Below, in pieces: positions 40,054-49,175 of a stretch of DNA of 64,000 bases. The stretch is from an uncultured Gammaproteobacteria bacterium (GTDB lineage Bacteria > Patescibacteriota > Patescibacteriia > UBA9934). The translations under genes were made by a program, and so were the position numbers. The stretch is from positions 579,053 through 643,052 of the forward strand of contig CAYVLY010000001.1 of assembly GCA_964452565.1 (NCBI GenBank). The letters are read 5' to 3'. The first letter of the stretch is position 1. Each line of letters starts with the position of its first letter. Under the pieces are notes generated by a model. It ran no database searches and was not told the DNA's origin. It saw only the letters and a list, made by a program, of their open reading frames with translations.

Positions 40054-40159
40054 ACATGAAACTCATCTCCTTTGACAAAGTACATCTTGTAAAAATGTCG
40101 AACGTAAACTTTTCATGGCAACCTGGGTCTGCACAATATAAACAAATGAGGATTAAGCG

Positions 40160-40279
40160 ATGCGACCAGGCTGTATCCTGGCAGCCGTAAGTACAGCACT
40201 GCTCTTTACTGGCAGTGCTTTTCTTCTCAATAACCAGGAACCTCATGAGGCATCACGCAAAATCCCAAGAGTGTACTGA
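40160..40279 (+). CDS. Possible 39-aa membrane peptide
   Basis: SD GAGGA, then MRPGCILAAVSTALLFTGSAFLLNNQEPHEASRKIPRVY. Confidence 0.3.
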   Translation: MRPGCILAAVSTALLFTGSAFLLNNQEPHEASRKIPRVY

Positions 40280-40513
40280 AATTAATTGTGATAAGGTGCT
40301 CATCATTGATAAACCGTGACCGCACCACCGGAAAACTCGTTAGTCCACGACTCGGCCTTCTGCCTTCTTGCAATTTTCCATAAAAAAGACACTTTAGACA
40401 GCAACTTTAATATACCCCCGGAGGGGGTCAGACCCAAACAGCTCGTATAATGAGTACTTTCATCGCTTGCCGCTGATCCAGGAAACAAAAGAACCGCCTT
40501 GCAGCGGTTCTTT

Positions 40514-40590
40514 TGGTGACCCCGGTAGGACTCGAACCTACAACCTTATCCTTAGGACGGATCTGCTCTATCCAGTTGAGCTACGGAGCC
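40514..40590 (-). tRNA. tRNA-Arg(CCT)
   Basis: Cloverleaf GGCTCCGTAGCTCAACTGGATAGAGC...GTCCTAA...GTTCGAGTCC...ACCA. Confidence 0.95.
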
Positions 40591-40592
40591 TT

Positions 40593-40608
40593 AGTTTCAC
40601 GTGAAACA
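40593..40608. promoter_or_regulatory. parS site
   Basis: aGTTTCACGTGAAACA, 15/16 match to the consensus. Confidence 0.8.
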
Positions 40609-40685
40609 TGCGTCGTAAAACGACATAATAACCAATAACGCATCAAAATCACGATGGTGGTATAATAGCACAACACAAAAAACAT

Positions 40686-41804
40686 ATGAACACATTCGAC
40701 ATTATTTTACTTATCCTTCTAATCGGTTGTGCCATTGCACTCGCAATCATTATTTATAAACTATCAAAACCAAATAAGGAACAAGCGTCGCAAAATATTG
40801 ATCAAATGCTTATAATGATCAAAGAGGATCTCTCTCGTAGCTCCGACCAGCATAAGAAAGATTTACTCATACAGATTCAACACCTCCAAAAGGAAATGGG
40901 TGAGGGTATCCGCCACTCACACTCATCAATGCAAAAACAATTCGAACATACATCACAGATTGTGCAGGACGTAACAAAGCGCTTAATAAACCTAGATCGG
41001 ACAAACAAACAAGTACTCGACTTTTCATCACAGCTGCAGAATCTTCAAAACATTCTGAAAAATCCAAAGCAGCGCGGGGTACTTGGAGAGTATTGGCTTG
41101 AGACACTTCTAAGCAATGTACTCCCAAAAGAAAGCTACAAGATGCAATACAGAATGGGGGAGGATGAAAAAACAGGACAAATACTTATCGCTGATGCTGC
41201 GATTTTCGTAAGAGATCAAATCATTCCAATCGATGCAAAGTTCAGTTTGGAAAACTACAATAGAATGATGGAACAGGCCCATGATGGGGCAGTAAAGGAA
41301 AAGCTTGAAAAACAATTTAAATCCGACGTAAAAAAGCGTATTGATGAAACTAGTAAATATATTCGTCAGGAACAGGGAACTATGAATTTTGCCTTCATGT
41401 TTATACCTGCCGAGGGAGTTTATTACAATCTCCTCAATGCAGATGTTGGTTCTGGCATCAACAGTAGCAACTTGGTTGAATACGCATTTGCAAAGCATGT
41501 CATGATCGTATCTCCTACCTCATTTTATGCATACCTACAGACAGTGCTCCTTGGCTTACGCGAGCTACAATTGGAAAAATCTACACAGGAAATAATCAAA
41601 CGCGTATCAGAACTCGGAAAGCACATGAAGAGCTATAGCGACTACCACGAACGCCTTGGAAAGAACCTGGGAACAGTAGTAAATCAATACAACAGTGCCA
41701 GCAACGAGCTACGCAAAGTTAGTAAGGACGTTTCAAAGATAACAACTGGCACCGTAGACGATGTAATTGAAGTAGACGAGATAACAAAACCACAGATCGG
41801 ATAG
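40686..41804 (+). CDS. rmuC: DNA recombination protein RmuC
   Basis: N-terminal TM, coiled coil, PKQRGVLGEYWLE, IPIDAKFSL, MFIPAEG. Confidence 0.93.
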   Translation: MNTFDIILLILLIGCAIALAIIIYKLSKPNKEQASQNIDQMLIMIKEDLSRSSDQHKKDLLIQIQHLQKEMGEGIRHSHSSMQKQFEHTSQIVQDVTKRLINLDRTNKQVLDFSSQLQNLQNILKNPKQRGVLGEYWLETLLSNVLPKESYKMQYRMGEDEKTGQILIADAAIFVRDQIIPIDAKFSLENYNRMMEQAHDGAVKEKLEKQFKSDVKKRIDETSKYIRQEQGTMNFAFMFIPAEGVYYNLLNADVGSGINSSNLVEYAFAKHVMIVSPTSFYAYLQTVLLGLRELQLEKSTQEIIKRVSELGKHMKSYSDYHERLGKNLGTVVNQYNSASNELRKVSKDVSKITTGTVDDVIEVDEITKPQIG

Positions 41805-41812
41805 CTAAATAC

Positions 41813-41838
41813 AAAATCGGCCCTTATGGGCCGATTTT
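41813..41838. terminator. Bidirectional terminator between rmuC and rpsT
   Basis: AAAATCGGCCC-ttat-GGGCCGATTTT. Confidence 0.8.
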
Positions 41839-41840
41839 AT

Positions 41841-42104
41841 TTATGCTGCTTTTTTAAGCATCTTCATTGCTTGTGCTTTTACTCGCGCCGCCTTGTTCTT
41901 CTTGATGATATTTTGTCCAACCATCTTATCGGCGAGCTTGTAGAGCTTCGGAATCATAGACTCAACCTCCTTTGTCTTTTTATCATCAGATAGCTTTCGC
42001 ATCTGTCGACGAAGTGAGTGTAGCTCGGATCGGTAGATCTTATTGCGCTCATAGCGCTTTTTGCTCTGCCGAAGAGCCTTTTTTGCATTATCTAGGTTTG
42101 GCAT
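41841..42104 (-). CDS. rpsT: 30S ribosomal protein S20
   Basis: MPNLDNAKKALRQS, IIKKNKAARVK. Confidence 0.93.
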   Translation of the reverse strand: MPNLDNAKKALRQSKKRYERNKIYRSELHSLRRQMRKLSDDKKTKEVESMIPKLYKLADKMVGQNIIKKNKAARVKAQAMKMLKKAA

Positions 42105-42173
42105 AATCTGTTATATCGAGCGTGATATAAGTAATTTGACACGTCGCAATAGTACGAAATCTAGCCATTTTTG

Positions 42174-43160
42174 TCAATGATTAGCAGTCGACAGCGGGAG
42201 AATAGACATATCAACTGCCTGATCAGCCTGCAAAACTCCAATCTTTACAAATAGATCGTTCACCATCATATTCCTTTGAATCTCAATGAGCTCATCCTTT
42301 GAAAACCGCTTCTGCTGATCTGTAAGCTTCTTTGCAACAAAAGGATGCACACCAAGAGCCCCTGCTAAATCTTTCTGATTCGAACCTGTATTCTGCTCAA
42401 AGTAATCACTCGCAGCTATCAAGAGCCTCACTTGCCGAACCAGCATTCCGAATAATTGCGCGTCAGGCATTCCAAATAATCGCTGTTGCTCTAAGAGCTC
42501 TTTTACGCGAGCTTCGTTACGCTGGCTCATTGCATCAAGTAACACAAATAGCTGATCATCCGCACTCGGCCTTACAAGTAAATCAAGATCATCCTGACCA
42601 ACCTTGCGCCCCTTACAGTAAGCCGACAACTTATCAAGCTCAAGTGACAAGATCCAAGCATCAACCCCTGCCATCATCACAAAACTTCTAGATATGGCGG
42701 AGTTCATTGTTAAATCTCGCTTCTGAGCCTCACTCGCGACCCACTTGATTGCCTGCGATTCACTCATTGGCTCAAAAATGTATTCATGAACATCCTCACT
42801 CGACTTAAAACTAGAAACTATCGCATGCCTTTGTGCTTTATTCTTACCAACTTCATCAAACAAAATCACGATCGTGCTCTCTGGAATATTCTCAAATAAT
42901 TCGATCCATGGCTTTGACTCTGGCTTGCGCGTCACCTCACTCAAGAGCCCCCCTACAATAACCATCCGCTTAGTCGAAAGAAATGGAGGAGATTGAATCG
43001 CCTGAGCAATCTGACCCAGCTCAAGCTTTTTCTGATCCTTAGGAGGGAACTCAACAACATTCGTGCCAGATGCATCAAACTTATCCAAAAAGGCCTCACG
43101 CATCACGCGCACTTTTTCTTTTGCATTAAATCTATCCTCGCCAAAAACAAATATCAGCAT
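42174..43160 (-). CDS. holA: DNA polymerase III delta subunit
   Basis: IFVFGED, SPPFLSTKRMVIV, ELDKL, GVHPFVAKK; holA-rpsT synteny. Confidence 0.9.
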   Translation of the reverse strand: MLIFVFGEDRFNAKEKVRVMREAFLDKFDASGTNVVEFPPKDQKKLELGQIAQAIQSPPFLSTKRMVIVGGLLSEVTRKPESKPWIELFENIPESTIVILFDEVGKNKAQRHAIVSSFKSSEDVHEYIFEPMSESQAIKWVASEAQKRDLTMNSAISRSFVMMAGVDAWILSLELDKLSAYCKGRKVGQDDLDLLVRPSADDQLFVLLDAMSQRNEARVKELLEQQRLFGMPDAQLFGMLVRQVRLLIAASDYFEQNTGSNQKDLAGALGVHPFVAKKLTDQQKRFSKDELIEIQRNMMVNDLFVKIGVLQADQAVDMSILPLSTANH

Positions 43161-43261
43161 AGTGCTGACATCTTATCACATTCTCAAAAGATCCCTCGAC
43201 TCCCTTCGGTCGCTCAGGATGGACGGAGTGAAAAGCAGACACCCCGCTTTTTGCGAGGTGT

Positions 43262-43867
43262 TTATTTGTATTTATCAAATATCTTATAACTCATCCTATG
43301 AATAGGGCAGGGGCCGTGTTTTTTAATACGCCCCAAGTGCATATTTGTGCCATATCCCTTATGACGCTCAAATCCGTACTCTGGGTAAAAATCTGACATT
43401 GACTGCATCAAACGGTCTCTTGTTACTTTAGCGATGATCGATGCTGCGGAAATCGATTTTACCAATCGGTCTCCTCGAACAATTGACTCTTGCTCACACC
43501 TGATTCCTGGAACATGCCACGCGTCAACCAATGCAACCTCTAAGTTTTTAATCTTCTCAAGTGCCCGTCTCATCGCAAGCAGGGAGGCCTGCCTAACATT
43601 GATTAAATCAACCTCCTCATGCGATGCTTGACCAACACCCCAAGCATTAGCTCGGAACAGAATTTTATTAAAAAGCTCTTCTCGGCGCTTCTCACTTAAC
43701 AACTTTGAATCATTGAGCGCTCCAATCCTGGAATTCAACGGCAACACAACAGCAGCGGCAACAACCGGACCTGCCAAGGCCCCAGCCCCAGCCTCATCAA
43801 CTCCTGCGATTATCCTAAATCCTTCTTTAATATATCTCCTTTCATAATGGAAAGTTGGTCGCCTCAT
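43262..43867 (-). CDS. rnhB: Ribonuclease HII
   Basis: AGVDEAG, DSKLL, SIIAKVTRD, HKGYGT; start moved to MRRPTF. Confidence 0.95.
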   Translation of the reverse strand: MRRPTFHYERRYIKEGFRIIAGVDEAGAGALAGPVVAAAVVLPLNSRIGALNDSKLLSEKRREELFNKILFRANAWGVGQASHEEVDLINVRQASLLAMRRALEKIKNLEVALVDAWHVPGIRCEQESIVRGDRLVKSISAASIIAKVTRDRLMQSMSDFYPEYGFERHKGYGTNMHLGRIKKHGPCPIHRMSYKIFDKYK

Positions 43868-43868
43868 A

Positions 43869-44243
43869 CTATCGACCCAGTCGTGAAAGGTAATACATCC
43901 ATGTTGCTGAAAAAATAGCAAAGATAATAAAAATGACAACCAAGGCGGCTGCGAAATTAGAAAGTAATGTGATCAATATCGCGATCATGGCTAAGAGCGA
44001 CCACACGACCTTAAGCTTGAGCATTGCCCTATATACTTCAGGACTGGCTCTGTGGACTAAAAGGGAGGTTAGACCAATCGCGAAGAGTGCTGCAGCTACC
44101 AATCTGATCGTCAACACACCCTCACCTTCAATTCCGATTAAATCAGACACCCAGGCAGGCGCTAAAAACATCGGGATGGCGAAAATCATATCCACGATGA
44201 AATGCGCTACAAACCACGAACGTAATGAATTTGGTAATTGCAT
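43869..44243 (-). CDS. 4-TM membrane hypothetical protein
   Basis: Four hydrophobic helices; in operon between polA and rnhB. Confidence 0.7.
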   Translation of the reverse strand: MQLPNSLRSWFVAHFIVDMIFAIPMFLAPAWVSDLIGIEGEGVLTIRLVAAALFAIGLTSLLVHRASPEVYRAMLKLKVVWSLLAMIAILITLLSNFAAALVVIFIIFAIFSATWMYYLSRLGR

Positions 44244-44244
44244 A

Positions 44245-46812
44245 TTATTTCCAAGCTTTAAGTTTACCCCAATGCTTTCCAGTCTCCACATCAACAATCA
44301 AAGGCACCTCACTGCTCCAGACACTCTCCATGATAGCTTTAATCTTTGGCACAGCCTTTTTAATATCATCATTCTTAATCTCAAATACAAGCTCATCATG
44401 CACCTGCAACAACATCTTAACATCAAGCTCGCTCTTTTCAATCCATTTCTGAACTTCAATCATTGCCATCTTAACAAGATCGGCCTGTGTGCCTTGAACT
44501 GGCATATTCACAGCCATACGCTCTGCAGCAGCACGCAACATCTGCATTCCCGAATTAACATCTGGCAAATAGCGTCGTCGGCCAAATAATGTCTCAACAT
44601 ACCCATCGCTGTGCGCCTTGGTCTTCATCTCGTCGATATAATTACCAATCCCAGGATGAAGTTCAAAGTACTTATCAATAAATCCTTGTGCCTCTTGCTT
44701 TGACAGGCCACTTGATCGCGCCAAGTTACGTGGACCCATTCCATATAATATCCCAAAATTGATCGCCTTTGCTGCATGACGCTCATACTTTGTTATATCC
44801 TCTTCTGATTTTTCTAGAATCTCAGCAGCGGTACGTGTATGAATGTCAGCACCCTCTTGAAAAGCCCGAACAAAGGCATTGTCCTTGGCGAAAACCGCAG
44901 CTAGACGAAGTTCAAACTGGGAATAATCACATGCCACTAATGTATAGCCGTGTTTTGCAGTAAATGCATTACGAATCTCTTTTCCAAGCTCTGTGCGCAC
45001 TGGAATATTCTGCAAGTTTGGTTCTGATGATGAAAGCCGACCAGTAGCAGTCACTGCCTGATTGAATGATGAATGTATTCGGCCATCATCTTCGATCAAT
45101 TCAGGCAGTGCATCAACATAAGTAGACTTCATCTTCGCAAACTCTCGATACTTTGAGATCAGAGGAACGATCTCATGCACCTCCCAAAGCTTCTCAAGCT
45201 CACTTGCCGCAGTAGAAAGTCCGGTCTTTGTCTTTTTAATTCTTTTGGTTGGAAGTTCTAGAACATCAAACAAGATATGCGCCAATTGAGAAGGGGATTT
45301 TATATTAAACTCCTCCCCGGAAAGTGTGTAGATCTTCTTGGTCAACTTCCTGAGCTCACGCTCGAACTTCTTTGAAAGTTCCTTGAGATGATCGGCGTCA
45401 ACTTCGATGCCCTCGCGCTCCATTATATAAAGAATTTGAACGAGTGGCATTTCAACTTCGTGGGCAAGCTTCAATACCCCCTGCTTTTGAAGTAATTTTT
45501 CGAGCTTTTTATATAATCCAAGAATTACGTCGATCCAATCCTCTAGTGCCGCACCTTCCTTAATACTGCTCTTGAGATATTTCTTAGCGCATGCCGGCAG
45601 ATCAAAAGCTCTCTCATGTGATGCTGCAAGATATGCCGCAACCATGGTATCGAAAACCGAGGCATCGATCGAAACTTGCAATAAATGCATCACACTCTTC
45701 AGGTCGTGGCCCACAACAAGCTTTGCCTTGTTAAGCACCTTAATAAATGCATCAAGCTCATCTTTTGTCTGTGCTTTCGCAACTTTCGATCCATTTGAAA
45801 CAACAACCTCAACTGAGCCTTTACCAAACAAATCAGCTTGAACGGCGCGCGCCGCAACATACACAACATCTGTTTTGATCTTCTCGATCGAGGCAAGCTT
45901 CTTTTTTGACTTCGACCCCTGATTGTCAACATCCTCTACACCCTTGTACTTCTTTAGCAGGTTCTTAAACTCCAAATCCTCAAGCATCGGGATGAGTTCG
46001 TCAATGCTCGGATCCTGAATCTTAGCGTCTGTGATTCTAAACCCAGGCAACTTCACGGTTCGTACTAACCGAACCAAGACCTGCATGTCCTTTAGCTCCT
46101 TCTCTTTACCACGTAAACGCTTTGCATGCTTTTCCTCAAGCTCCTCACGCTTCAATGCCCTAAGTAAACCATTAATTGATTCGTATTTTTGCAATAAAGT
46201 TGCAGCCGTCTTCTTTCCAATACCCTCAATGCCTGGGATATTATCGGACGGATCACCCATCAATGCTTTAAAGTCGACCATTTGCTCAGGCTCAAGCCCA
46301 TAGCGCTCATTCACGGCCCTTCGATCATACTCAACGGTTTCCGAAATCCCTTTTTTAAATGCAATGACTCGCACAGCGCCATTTACTAGCTGTAGTAAGT
46401 CCATATCACCACTCAGAACCTTTATAGCAATATCATCCTTTGCATAGCGCTTCGCAAGTGTGGCGATCACGTCATCAGCTTCATATCCTTCTGATGAAAG
46501 TGATGGTATTCCGTAAACATCAAGTGCATCTTTTATGACACCGATCTGCTCGTAAAGCTCATCCTCCTTTTTTTCACGCGTTCCCTTGTAATCCTCGTAA
46601 GCCTCGTGTCGAAACGTGCCGCCTGCTAAGTCCCAAGCTACAGCCATGTAATCAGGCTTATACTGCGTGCGCATTTTCTCAATTATATTTAAAAACCCAT
46701 ACACAGCATTTACCACCTGACCGCTTGATGTTGTCAATGGTGGAATTGCGTGCCACGCACGGTGCAAAAGTGCATTTCCATCTAAGACTAAAAAGACTTT
46801 TTTCTTCGCCAT
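44245..46812 (-). CDS. polA: DNA polymerase I
   Basis: 5'-3' exonuclease motifs (LDGNALLHRA, EADDVI, GDPSDNIPG); polymerase motifs DYSQFELR, KAINFGILYG, QVHDEL. Confidence 0.98.
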   Translation of the reverse strand: MAKKKVFLVLDGNALLHRAWHAIPPLTTSSGQVVNAVYGFLNIIEKMRTQYKPDYMAVAWDLAGGTFRHEAYEDYKGTREKKEDELYEQIGVIKDALDVYGIPSLSSEGYEADDVIATLAKRYAKDDIAIKVLSGDMDLLQLVNGAVRVIAFKKGISETVEYDRRAVNERYGLEPEQMVDFKALMGDPSDNIPGIEGIGKKTAATLLQKYESINGLLRALKREELEEKHAKRLRGKEKELKDMQVLVRLVRTVKLPGFRITDAKIQDPSIDELIPMLEDLEFKNLLKKYKGVEDVDNQGSKSKKKLASIEKIKTDVVYVAARAVQADLFGKGSVEVVVSNGSKVAKAQTKDELDAFIKVLNKAKLVVGHDLKSVMHLLQVSIDASVFDTMVAAYLAASHERAFDLPACAKKYLKSSIKEGAALEDWIDVILGLYKKLEKLLQKQGVLKLAHEVEMPLVQILYIMEREGIEVDADHLKELSKKFERELRKLTKKIYTLSGEEFNIKSPSQLAHILFDVLELPTKRIKKTKTGLSTAASELEKLWEVHEIVPLISKYREFAKMKSTYVDALPELIEDDGRIHSSFNQAVTATGRLSSSEPNLQNIPVRTELGKEIRNAFTAKHGYTLVACDYSQFELRLAAVFAKDNAFVRAFQEGADIHTRTAAEILEKSEEDITKYERHAAKAINFGILYGMGPRNLARSSGLSKQEAQGFIDKYFELHPGIGNYIDEMKTKAHSDGYVETLFGRRRYLPDVNSGMQMLRAAAERMAVNMPVQGTQADLVKMAMIEVQKWIEKSELDVKMLLQVHDELVFEIKNDDIKKAVPKIKAIMESVWSSEVPLIVDVETGKHWGKLKAWK

Positions 46813-46840
46813 ATACATTGATTTTACCTCTTTTGGGCCC

Positions 46841-47000
46841 AAAAAAGAAGACGCCCTCGGCATCGTCTTCCATGGCGACAACCGAGGGCAGAGCTTGTGC
46901 ACTGAGAGCCTGCAGGAGCAACTACAGCAGTGGCGGCTCCCGGGCTAGCTTTCATGTATCAGCGCTTCCGCATTGGCTGCGCACGTGCACCCTTGCGGTA
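46841..47000 (-). ncRNA. Candidate ~160-nt structured small RNA
   Basis: TTGCAA-17-TACTAT promoter, nested stems, GCCCTCGG/CCGAGGGC terminator with U-tract, no credible ORF. Confidence 0.45.
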
Positions 47001-47032
47001 TTTACATAGTATTCCATTTGTTGTCTATTTGC

Positions 47033-47466
47033 AAAAAGCATGCCGCCTGGGCAACCGAGGTTACCCAGGCGGGGAGGAGACGCAAGAGACACGAGGGTCT
47101 CCAAGCGCGCAGATTTGAGGCCGGGGGCCGCCAAGCGACTCTCGCTGGCGTGGGGGGGAGGACGGCCGAGCAAGGCTCTGCCCGACGACCACCCGACCTC
47201 GTAGATTTGGGACCGGGCCAGCAGGCTCTGAGGCTTGCCGGCGTGGCATAGTAGGTAGCTTCCTTGGAGACACTGATCCTACTTGCAGGTGCGCCGTGGT
47301 CAGCGCTGTGGGACGCGGCTCCATGCAGAGCGCGGCCCGGCCCAGGATTAAATCGAGACGTAGCTGCCTACGTGACGGCGGATCTTAACGGTACCGCTGC
47401 CCTCTGCAAGGACAAAACGTCTGCAGGCTCCGTAGCTCGTTCGACTCAACCCTTCAGAAAAATGCT
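47033..47466 (-). ncRNA. Candidate ~430-nt multi-domain structured RNA
   Basis: TTGACT-17-CATAAT promoter, four G-U-rich stem domains, strong intrinsic terminator, no SD-led ORF. Confidence 0.6.
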
Positions 47467-47554
47467 TCAAGATTATGCCATAGCAGTGACGACGAGTCAA
47501 TAGCAAGAGGCCCGCTTGTCCACAGCGGGCCTCACGATGAGGAGCGTTCGAGAT

Positions 47555-47941
47555 CTAGACCAGGCCGGTCAGGATGAGCCCCAGATCCACGGCAGCGTGA
47601 CAGAACTGATCCATCTCGATGGTCTTGATGACCTCATAGCGCGCCTTGAGATCGTCGATCACCATGTGTAGGGCCACTCGAATCACGATAGCGGCGAGCG
47701 TCAGATTGAAGCTCAGTGCAATCGTGAACTCTGGAACTACATCGAGCTGAAAGCTCGGAATGGCCCAGAGCAGGAGAATTGGCGCATTGGCCGTGCACGC
47801 ATGGTAGAAGAGAACCCCTCGGCTCTTGCCCTTCTCCATGCACTGCCAACTGCTCTGCAGACCGAAGTCTCCCCAGGCGTGCAAGAGATACATGACCGCG
47901 AGCTTGGTGGCCACGAGCAGTACGAGCAGAGCGAAGTCCAT
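47555..47941 (-). CDS. DUF3307-like membrane protein (GC-rich cassette)
   Basis: HAWGDFGLQ, YHA, HMVIDDLK, DQFCH motifs; SD AAGGAGG; terminator at 47507-47533. Confidence 0.75.
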   Translation of the reverse strand: MDFALLVLLVATKLAVMYLLHAWGDFGLQSSWQCMEKGKSRGVLFYHACTANAPILLLWAIPSFQLDVVPEFTIALSFNLTLAAIVIRVALHMVIDDLKARYEVIKTIEMDQFCHAAVDLGLILTGLV

Positions 47942-48090
47942 GATTCCCTCCTTAGGGTCGTCACAACATGCACACCATTGTGCACTTAGACTATGTCATA
48001 CAGTAAATATTCACACCATGCAATCTGTCGTATTTTTCTGACACTTTTTGACGGGCAATGATTATTGCTTTATCCTTATTATATATGTAT

Positions 48091-48858
48091 ATGGGACACT
48101 ATGATCATTTGCTTGCTGGACTTGAGGCTTTTGGTCTGTCAAAAAAAGAGGCAGGGATATATCTTTGCATTCTCCAGACCGGCCCCGCAACTGTCTTGCA
48201 AATATCACGCAAAACACAGCTTGCACGTACAGCGCTTTACCCAACACTTGAAAACCTAGTCGCGCGCGGTGTTCTAAAATCAGGAAAGGAAAAGAAAAAA
48301 ACTGTATTCGCTGTTGAGCCACCAAAAGTACTCCGTAGAAAACTAAAGGAAAGGGAATTGGCATTTGACGATATTTCATCTGAACTCGGCGTTTTATACG
48401 ACCATGTTTCATCCAGCCCAGATATAGTCCTATACGAAGGTACTGACGGGTTCAAACGAATGTGGCAAAGAATCTACAACTCTGGTGTTGATGAATATCG
48501 GATGTTAACAAGCGCCACCGGAATGCTTGACTATGTAAAAACTCCCTATGTTATACAGAGCGTTATCGCACGTCGGATTAAGCTCGGGATTAAGAGCTTG
48601 CAACTACTACCGGAAAATCGGGAAACTCGAAAAATTGTTCAAGACGACACAAAACAGCTGCGCGAATCACGCTTCCTACCGCCCGACACAAAGATCCCGG
48701 CAACAGTTATACAGTTCGGTAGTGAGGTTGCATTTATGACCACCAGACGTGAGAACGCAATGATCATTATGGCAAGTGGTGATGTAGCGCATACCTTCAA
48801 AGCGATGTTTGACATTATCTGGAAATGCGCAAAAAATCCTTATAAATCAACCAACTAA
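48091..48858 (+). CDS. TrmB-family HTH transcriptional regulator
   Basis: FGLSKKEAGIYL, RTALYPTLENL, LYEGTDG, PLD-like C-domain. Confidence 0.85.
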   Translation: MGHYDHLLAGLEAFGLSKKEAGIYLCILQTGPATVLQISRKTQLARTALYPTLENLVARGVLKSGKEKKKTVFAVEPPKVLRRKLKERELAFDDISSELGVLYDHVSSSPDIVLYEGTDGFKRMWQRIYNSGVDEYRMLTSATGMLDYVKTPYVIQSVIARRIKLGIKSLQLLPENRETRKIVQDDTKQLRESRFLPPDTKIPATVIQFGSEVAFMTTRRENAMIIMASGDVAHTFKAMFDIIWKCAKNPYKSTN

Positions 48859-49100
48859 AACGAGCCCGCAGCGAAGTGCGGACTCTACCGATCGAGCACA
48901 AGGGCTCACGCGGAGCAATCACAGCTGAGAGAGGATCGTTTTCGTAAAGGAGAAGATGATACGATCCTACTGTGTTCACTCCTGAGTCACCAAGGTGGGT
49001 CATGGCGATCACTAACAGGGCTCTGGAGAAGATGGCTTGAACTCTTTACCTGACGTGATCAGACCCGAGTTCTCATGGTCACCTCCTTTCTACCTGACTA
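48857..49100 (-). ncRNA. Candidate dual-function RNA: SD + 5-codon ORF (MRTRV) + long hairpin + terminator
   Basis: TAGACA-17-TATACA promoter, AAAGGAGGTGA SD, nested stems, terminator at 48862-48885. Confidence 0.5.
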
Positions 49101-49175
49101 CTTTATGTATAGCAAAACCGCCACTAAGTGTCTATAGCAGCCAAAAACCACTTTATTGAGTTATAATATATCCAT

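Noticed and set aside
47033-47466. RNase P RNA or tmRNA identity for the large RNA
   Set aside because: No GAGGAAAGUCC-type P4 motif and no tRNA-like ends with a T-arm and CCA
46930-47503. Short ORFs in the ORF track across this GC-rich spacer
   Set aside because: No SD, Pro/Arg/Ala-rich composition, and several run through the promoter or terminator elements
48857-49076. TGA read-through (genetic code 25) extending the MRTRV ORF
   Set aside because: TGA ends conserved genes at expected lengths (gpmI, holA, MFS, PLP enzyme), and the read-through product does not look like a protein
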